This document shows positions 58,422 through 64,000 of a stretch of 64,000 bases of DNA, piece by piece. Both the position numbers and the translations under genes were made by a program. Location: positions 1-64,000 of the forward strand of contig JBMORA010000034.1 in NCBI GenBank assembly GCA_049320885.1. Reading direction: 5' to 3'. The number at the start of each line of letters is the position of its first letter. Position 1 is the first letter of the stretch. This DNA is from Thermodesulfobacteriota bacterium (lineage in GTDB: Bacteria > Desulfobacterota > Desulfobacteria > Desulfobacterales > SURF-7). Below the pieces are notes generated by a model. That model was not told where the DNA came from. It saw only the letters and a program-made list of their open reading frames with translations, and did not search any database.

Positions 58422-58584
58422 TAATCACGAAATTCCAAATCGTTACCACCCTGGCCGGGGTCAAAAGGAGACTTTACAATTTTCGGCCGGCTTGATAGAG
58501 GTGATCCCAGTCAGACCTTCGATTTTTCATCCCAGAATGCGGAAATTCTGCCGATGGAATCGAAACCATAGGTAAAGGACCGAT

Positions 58585-58902
58585 ATGGATACGGAAGCCC
58601 TTCCGGATTTTCATGGCAAGATCGTCGTTTTTTACATTTCCAACGCGCCCGACTCCCTCCAGGACGGCGCTGTTCTCGAATATATTTCCTTCAAGCAATT
58701 CGGCGGCAAACTGTTCGTCGTGGGCCGTGTCCCGGAAATAGACGCGGAAAACGGGGATTGGATCGCCAACCTCCAGGGAGGCATCGCCTGGGATGCGGTA
58801 ACGAGTTACCTGATCTTCGACTCCCGGGAAAACTATCTCAGCCGAATGGGATTGACGAAAACGCCCCTTATTCAAAGACTGTTTGCCCGCATATTCAACT
58901 GA
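58585..58902 (+). CDS. Hypothetical protein
   Basis: 105-aa ORF with RBS AAAGGA and protein-like composition. Confidence 0.65.
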   Translation: MDTEALPDFHGKIVVFYISNAPDSLQDGAVLEYISFKQFGGKLFVVGRVPEIDAENGDWIANLQGGIAWDAVTSYLIFDSRENYLSRMGLTKTPLIQRLFARIFN

Positions 58903-58928
58903 CCTGCAATGGGAAGGGAAGCCGTTAG

Positions 58929-60668
58929 ATGAACCCGAGCGGTGGAGAGCTGATTGCCGATATCCTGAGAGCGCATGGGGTGCGATTTCTGTTCACCCTC
59001 ACTGGAGGACATATCGCCCCGATTCTGGTGGGCTGCCATCATCGTGGAATCCGGGTGGTGGATGTGCGGGACGAAGTGAATGCCGTTTTCGCGGCCGACG
59101 CCGTTGCGCGATTGACCGGCATACCCGGGGTGGCGGCCGTAACCGCCGGGCCGGGGGTTACCAATACCATCACCGCCCTGAAAAACGCCCAAATGGCCCA
59201 ATCCCCACTGATTCTCCTGGGGGGGGCTGCTGCGACGCTGATCAGAGGCCGGGGATCGCTCCAGGACATCGATCAAATCTCCCTGCTGAAATCCGTGGTG
59301 AAAATGGCCGTCACCATCAACCGGAACTGCGATATCGCGCCGGCCATGGAACATGCGTTTCAGACGGCCAGATCGGGAGTCCCCGGACCTGTTTTCGTGG
59401 AATGCCCCATCGATCTCTTGTACAGTGAAAAGCTGGTCCGGGAATGGTATGGCGCCAAATCCAGGGAATCGGGCGGGAATGACATAAAAAGCAAGCTGTT
59501 TCAGTTCTATATGAACCGGCATGTCAACAACCTGTTCGCCTGCGACCTGAATGAGGTGAAAACCAGACCACGAGGCTGCTCCTTCCCGGAAGTCAAGACC
59601 GGCCACATCATCAAGGCTGAAAAAATACTGGAGGGCGCCCACCGTCCCGTTCTCATTGTCGGCAGCCAGGCCATGCTGGAGCCCTCTCAGTCCGGGAGAC
59701 TGCTCTCTTCCCTGGAGCGCATGGCTATCCCGGTGTTTCTGGCAGGAATGGCGCGAGGCGTTATGGGAAAAAGTCATCATTTGCAGATGCGCCATCATCG
59801 CAAGGAGGCCTTAAAAAAAGCGGACGTGGTGGTGATCGCCGGCATGCCCTGCGATTTCCGCCTGGGATACGGCATGGCCATCAACAGCCGGGCCACGCTG
59901 ATCGCCATCAATCGCAGCAAGGCGGATCTGATGCTCAATCGGAAGCCGGAGCTGGCTGTTCATGCCGACCCGGCTCAATTCCTGGCAGCCCTGGCGGAAC
60001 GCTTCGTCCCCGGGGGACGCTCCAGGGACTGGACCGCCTCCCTGCGGTCATCGGATGACGACAGGGAAAATGAAATCCGCAAAATGGCCGAAATGAAGAC
60101 CGATGGTGTTCATCCCCTCCGCTTGTTGACCCGGCTGGAGGATTTTTTGACGGATGAAAGCATTCTGGTGGCGGACGGCGGGGATTTTGTGGCTACCGCT
60201 TCCTATGTCTTGCGTCCCCGGGCGCCGCTGAGCTGGCTCGATCCTGGCGTGTTCGGCACCCTGGGGGTAGGCGCGGGTTTCGCCACGGGCGCCAAACTCT
60301 GCAGGCCGGACGCCGAGGTCTGGCTGATCTACGGCGACGGCGCTGCGGGATACAGCCTCCAGGAATTCGACACCTTTGTGCGTCATGGCCTTCCGGTCAT
60401 CGCCGTGGTGGGAAACGATGCCGCCTGGGCCCAGATCGCCCGGGAACAGATCGAACTGTTCCATAACGAAATCGCCACCGTCCTCCGCCGTTCGGATTAT
60501 CACACGGTGGCGGCCGGATTCGGGGGCATGGGCATTCTCGTAACCCGGGAAGAGGAAATTCAGCCGGCCCTGGAATCCGCCAGGCACCACGCCAGGGAAG
60601 GCATCCCGGTCCTGATCAACGTCCACATAGGTAAAACCGACTTTCGCAAAGGCTCCATATCCATGTAA
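58929..60668 (+). CDS. Thiamine-diphosphate-dependent enzyme (acetolactate synthase-like / 2-hydroxyacyl-CoA lyase-like)
   Basis: [51 protein letters not shown]...GND. Confidence 0.9.
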   Translation: MNPSGGELIADILRAHGVRFLFTLTGGHIAPILVGCHHRGIRVVDVRDEVNAVFAADAVARLTGIPGVAAVTAGPGVTNTITALKNAQMAQSPLILLGGAAATLIRGRGSLQDIDQISLLKSVVKMAVTINRNCDIAPAMEHAFQTARSGVPGPVFVECPIDLLYSEKLVREWYGAKSRESGGNDIKSKLFQFYMNRHVNNLFACDLNEVKTRPRGCSFPEVKTGHIIKAEKILEGAHRPVLIVGSQAMLEPSQSGRLLSSLERMAIPVFLAGMARGVMGKSHHLQMRHHRKEALKKADVVVIAGMPCDFRLGYGMAINSRATLIAINRSKADLMLNRKPELAVHADPAQFLAALAERFVPGGRSRDWTASLRSSDDDRENEIRKMAEMKTDGVHPLRLLTRLEDFLTDESILVADGGDFVATASYVLRPRAPLSWLDPGVFGTLGVGAGFATGAKLCRPDAEVWLIYGDGAAGYSLQEFDTFVRHGLPVIAVVGNDAAWAQIAREQIELFHNEIATVLRRSDYHTVAAGFGGMGILVTREEEIQPALESARHHAREGIPVLINVHIGKTDFRKGSISM

Positions 60669-60676
60669 GCTTTTCA

Positions 60677-61507
60677 TTATTTTAGCAAATTGATGACATT
60701 CTCCTCCTTGGCATTGGCCTGGGCCAGGGCGTAGGATCGCGCCCGGTTCAACAATTTGAGCCGTGACAATACCATGGATGCCTCGGCCATGTCCGCATCC
60801 CGGATGTTGGATTCAGACGCGAAGACATTGATCTGCGAAGTCGACAAATTTTGGATCGTCGAGGCCAGCTGATTCTGCACCGAACCGATTCGGGACCGGT
60901 TGGCGTTCAGGTCGCTCATCGCCTGGTCCGCAATTCCGATGGCTGCCTGGGCGCCTTCAAAGGTGGTCACATCGATTTCGCTCAACCGGCCGGCATCACT
61001 GTTGCCGAGTTCACCGGAAGCGGCGGAATCGATGGACAGGGAGATGGTTTCGCCCGCATAGGCGCCAGTCTGGAACGATTTATTCGTGAACTCACCGGTC
61101 AGCAGCCGTTGACCGTTGTAGGTGGTGGTCTGGGCGATCGTGTCCAACTGGGTCAGCATCTTGTCGATATCCGCCTGGATCGCCTGACGGGACGCAGAAC
61201 CCTGGCTGTCGTTGGCGGCCTGCAGCGCCTTTTCCCGTATCACCTGAATGATCCGGGAGGCGTTTTCCAGGGCGCCGTCCGCCACTTGCGCCATGGCCAC
61301 GGCATCGCTGGCGTTACGGATGGCCTGTCCCATACCGCGGGCCTGGCTCTCCAGTGAATCGGCGATGGTCATGCCGGAGGCGTCATCAGCGGCGCTGTTG
61401 ATGCGATGGCCCGAAGCGATGGTATCCAGCGTGGCCTGCAAGGACCGCTGGCCTTCCTGCAACGAACGGACCGCGAACATACCGCTGATATTGGAATTGA
61501 TTCTCAT
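60677..61507 (-). CDS. Short flagellin (D0/D1 only)
   Basis: MRINSNI, SGHRINSAADDASG, AQVADGAL, YNGQRLL, RSRIGSVQN, SNIRDADMA, ALAQAN; 276 aa. Confidence 0.92.
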   Translation of the reverse strand: MRINSNISGMFAVRSLQEGQRSLQATLDTIASGHRINSAADDASGMTIADSLESQARGMGQAIRNASDAVAMAQVADGALENASRIIQVIREKALQAANDSQGSASRQAIQADIDKMLTQLDTIAQTTTYNGQRLLTGEFTNKSFQTGAYAGETISLSIDSAASGELGNSDAGRLSEIDVTTFEGAQAAIGIADQAMSDLNANRSRIGSVQNQLASTIQNLSTSQINVFASESNIRDADMAEASMVLSRLKLLNRARSYALAQANAKEENVINLLK

Positions 61508-61522
61508 ACAACCCCCCATTGT

Positions 61523-61557
61523 AATTACGAATTACGAATTAGGATTTAGGAATTGCG
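61523..61557. repeat. Heptamer array AATTACG/AATTAGG x5
   Basis: AATTACG AATTACG AATTAGG ATTTAGG AATTGCG. Confidence 0.85.
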
Positions 61558-61644
61558 GATGGATATCCATATGATATCCATTCTGTACGGATTAACCAGT
61601 AAAAAAAGATATACCCGTCCAGCGGTCCCGATTCGACGGAACCT

Positions 61645-62046
61645 TCATTCGTAATTCGTAATTCCTAATTCGTAATTCCTTCTATAAAACGCCGCCGCCG
61701 CCTGCTGCTGATTCCTCTTGAAATCCGCACGATTCCTGTTTTCTTCGCGCTGGAAGGCCTCCGCTTCTTGCTGCTGGGCGCGCTTGAATTCGATTTCATT
61801 CCGTCGGGCCCGATTTTCAAAAGCCTCGGTTTCCCGTTGCTGCTCACGGTCAAACTCCTGCTTCGCCCGGACGCGGGCCTGCTCGGAAAGTCGAACGGAA
61901 TAGGCGGCATCATCGCCTTGCTCATCCCCGGACGCATGGCGGCCGGCCCCTTTCAGGGCTGCTTTGCCCTCGGGTTGCATTGTCTGCGCCCCGGAAACCG
62001 AGAGCTGCGCAATGCCTGCCGTTATGTCATTCCCCATTACCTTCAT
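61645..62046 (-). CDS. Small hypothetical protein with a YSVRLSEQAR motif and periodic E/Q/R-rich helical repeats
   Basis: RBS GAGGTG; Phe every 11 residues (F-x10-F) in the C-terminal half. Confidence 0.65.
   Translation of the reverse strand: MKVMGNDITAGIAQLSVSGAQTMQPEGKAALKGAGRHASGDEQGDDAAYSVRLSEQARVRAKQEFDREQQRETEAFENRARRNEIEFKRAQQQEAEAFQREENRNRADFKRNQQQAAAAFYRRNYELGITNYE
61647..61677. repeat. Heptamer array CGTAATT/CCTAATT x4, inverted relative to 61523-61557
   Basis: CGTAATT CGTAATT CCTAATT CGTAATT. Confidence 0.85.
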
Positions 62047-62088
62047 TGAGATCACCTCAGCGATTGAAATTGCCTTACAGCCGTGCCA

Positions 62089-62352
62089 TCAACCCGCGAT
62101 CTCTCCCGCCGCGTTATAGACGGCATTCTGATTCGCCGTCTGCTGTTCGGCTTGGGCCGCCTGACGCTCCTCCGTCTGTCGCCTGCGGGCCTCTTCCGAC
62201 AACTCCACCTGATAGGCTTCCTTTGGAGCGGTATTCGCTGATTCCTCAGTCTTTTCATTCCGCTCCGGCTCCCTCGCCGCGCTCCTAGCATCCTCGGGAC
62301 GCGCCGAATTCAACGCCTCGCCGCTGATACGCTCCAGCTGATTGATTTCCAT
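62089..62352 (-). CDS. Small hypothetical protein with a YQVELSEEAR motif
   Basis: RBS AAGGAG before ATG 62352; ends VYNAAGEIAG. Confidence 0.7.
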   Translation of the reverse strand: MEINQLERISGEALNSARPEDARSAAREPERNEKTEESANTAPKEAYQVELSEEARRRQTEERQAAQAEQQTANQNAVYNAAGEIAG

Positions 62353-62401
62353 AAGCCAGCTCCTTCTTCTTTGTAAGGTTACGGTGTAATCCAGGACCGT
62401 T

Positions 62402-63037
62402 CTACCCGAACGTATCGACGGTCCCACCGGTTATCTGAACGGTCGTATCCGCTGAATAGGCTTTTTCAGCGCCGTATTGCCGAAACACCGGTTCTTCACG
62501 CGCCAGCGCCTTGTTTTCCCGCATTCGCGACAAGGTGTATTCCATGGCTGCTTCAGCCCCCATCTGGGCCGCCTGGGCCGCTATCCGGCGGTCCTGGGCC
62601 GAAGGATCCCGGGGCGCCAGGGCGGCCCGTTGCACGGCCTTCATTTTTTCAGCCGTGGCCTTGGGGTCGCCCGGCACTTTCCCCATATCGATGGACACTT
62701 CCCCGGCTACGGCATAAGATTTCCCATCCGGACCACGCTCGTACTGAAACCGGGCGCCGCTGCGGACATATTGTCCTCCCGCCGTCACATGGGCCATCTC
62801 ATGGGCTCGCACCGCCGCATCCGCCTGTTTCAACTGCTGGATCAGGTCCAATTCCGCCCGGGTCAACTCTCCGACGCCACTGATTTTCTTCCCTTCCGCC
62901 CCCCCGGATTGGCGGTTTCCGTTTGCGGCTCCGTCACCTCCCATGGTCTCACCGGACCGGGTTTTCACCTCCGGACGGGCAGAACCACCGTTTTCGACAG
63001 ACGGCTGAGGATATGGCTTCACGGTTCCGATTTTCAC
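62402..63037 (-). CDS. SprA-related family protein (putative metalloprotease CJM1_0395-like)
   Basis: VRAHEMAH, YERGPDGKSYAVAGEVSID, AALAPRDPSAQD. Confidence 0.9.
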   Translation of the reverse strand: MKIGTVKPYPQPSVENGGSARPEVKTRSGETMGGDGAANGNRQSGGAEGKKISGVGELTRAELDLIQQLKQADAAVRAHEMAHVTAGGQYVRSGARFQYERGPDGKSYAVAGEVSIDMGKVPGDPKATAEKMKAVQRAALAPRDPSAQDRRIAAQAAQMGAEAAMEYTLSRMRENKALAREEPVFRQYGAEKAYSADTTVQITGGTVDTFG

Positions 63038-63058
63038 TCTTATACCTCCGCTAATCTG

Positions 63059-63086
63059 TTATCGTCCCGGGACCGGGAAAACTTGA
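63059..63086 (-). promoter_or_regulatory. sigma28 (FliA)-type promoter
   Basis: Minus strand TCAAGTTT-N12-GACGATAA, 22 nt upstream of the SprA start. Confidence 0.7.
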
Positions 63087-63190
63087 GGAAAAAATATTTG
63101 ACAATTGGGATGAAACCCATTATCACCATTTACAATTACCATTTATTCAATGAAATCAATATTAAAAATAAAAGAAAGCCCCCTCGGCCC

Positions 63191-63694
63191 ATGCAAGGAA
63201 GACCTGTTCGCGCCAGCAAAATCACGTTCACCCAGTTAATGACGGCCCAGGATGCCAACCTTGCCGGCAATGTCCACGGCGGTGTGGTCATGAAACACAT
63301 CGATAACGCCGCCGGTGTCGTTGCCGCGCGCCACGCCCAATCCAACGTGGTGACCGCCAGCATCGACCGGCTGGATTTCCATAATCCGGCTTTCATCGGC
63401 AACCTGCTCCTGGTTCAAGCCAGTCTGAACATGGTGGGACGGTCCTCCATGGAAATCGGCGTCCGGGTGGAAAGCGAGGACATGTTCACCGGACGGAGAC
63501 GTCATACCGCCTCCGCCTATCTGACCTTTGTAGCCCTGGACGAGCAGTTCAAACCCAAGGAAGTCCCCCCCCTGATTCTGGAAACGGATGACGAGAAACG
63601 ACGCAACCGCGAAGCCCTGGCCAGACGGAATGTGCGCCTTGTGGAAAAACGCAAGGAAAAGGCCTGCCAGCGAGACAATGTGGCTTGCGATTAA
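63191..63694 (+). CDS. Acyl-CoA thioesterase (hotdog fold)
   Basis: DANLAGNVHGG, VVTASID, GRSSMEIGV, AYLTFVALD. Confidence 0.93.
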   Translation: MQGRPVRASKITFTQLMTAQDANLAGNVHGGVVMKHIDNAAGVVAARHAQSNVVTASIDRLDFHNPAFIGNLLLVQASLNMVGRSSMEIGVRVESEDMFTGRRRHTASAYLTFVALDEQFKPKEVPPLILETDDEKRRNREALARRNVRLVEKRKEKACQRDNVACD

Positions 63695-63712
63695 CAGCAG
63701 CGGAAGGTGCCA

Positions 63713-64000
63713 ATGAAGATTCTGATCACCGGCGGCAGCGGATTCATCGGAACGGCTCTGAGCCGTTTTTTAGGTAAAAAAGGCCACCAGATCATCGCCC
63801 TTGGCACAACCCCGCCCCCGGATGTTTCCGACCCATCACGGTTCCGGTTCATCGCGGCGGATACCTCCCGATCCGGCCCCTGGCAACGGGAATTAAGTGG
63901 TGTGGACGCGGTGATCAATCTTACCGGCAGGACCATTTTCAAACGCTGGACGGAGGCTTATAAGCAACAAATTTATGACAGCCGCATCCGCACCACCGCC
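63713..64000 (+). CDS. TIGR01777-family NAD-dependent epimerase/oxidoreductase (runs off the window)
   Basis: MKILITGGSGFIG...DAVINLTG..IFKRWT...KQQIYDSRI. Confidence 0.85.
   Translation, partial: MKILITGGSGFIGTALSRFLGKKGHQIIALGTTPPPDVSDPSRFRFIAADTSRSGPWQRELSGVDAVINLTGRTIFKRWTEAYKQQIYDSRIRTTA

Overview
A 64-kb bacterial chromosomal segment whose gene content and moderate-to-high GC suggest an anaerobic deltaproteobacterium (Desulfobacterota-like; this is inference). Most of it is housekeeping and fatty-acid/CoA catabolism (acyl-CoA dehydrogenases, crotonases, tyrA, pyrF, selA, hemC, cobA-hemD, htpG, class I fumarase, pgm, lpxB), plus signalling and motility genes. The strongest signal is missing from the ORF track: a 75-codon gene at 10596..10369 (-) that reads through three in-frame UGA codons, each followed by a SECIS-like hairpin in nearly the same register. 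It lies directly upstream of an SbtM-type radical SAM/SPASM maturase, so it looks like a triple-selenocysteine RiPP precursor with a lipoprotein-like leader; selA is in the same window. Other notable items: a secreted protein of about 17 tandem 36-aa Asn/Gly/Ala/Val repeats (candidate amyloid or beta-solenoid), a divergent RelA/SpoT-like nucleotidyltransferase next to a reversed motB-motA pair, a sigma28-type SprA/small-protein/minimal-flagellin unit with inverted heptamer arrays, a sigma54-driven MerR-HTH protein with acidic tandem repeats, and an AT-richer islet encoding a beta-barrel and a caspase-family lipoprotein. No rRNA, tRNA, CRISPR array or intact transposase was recognised.
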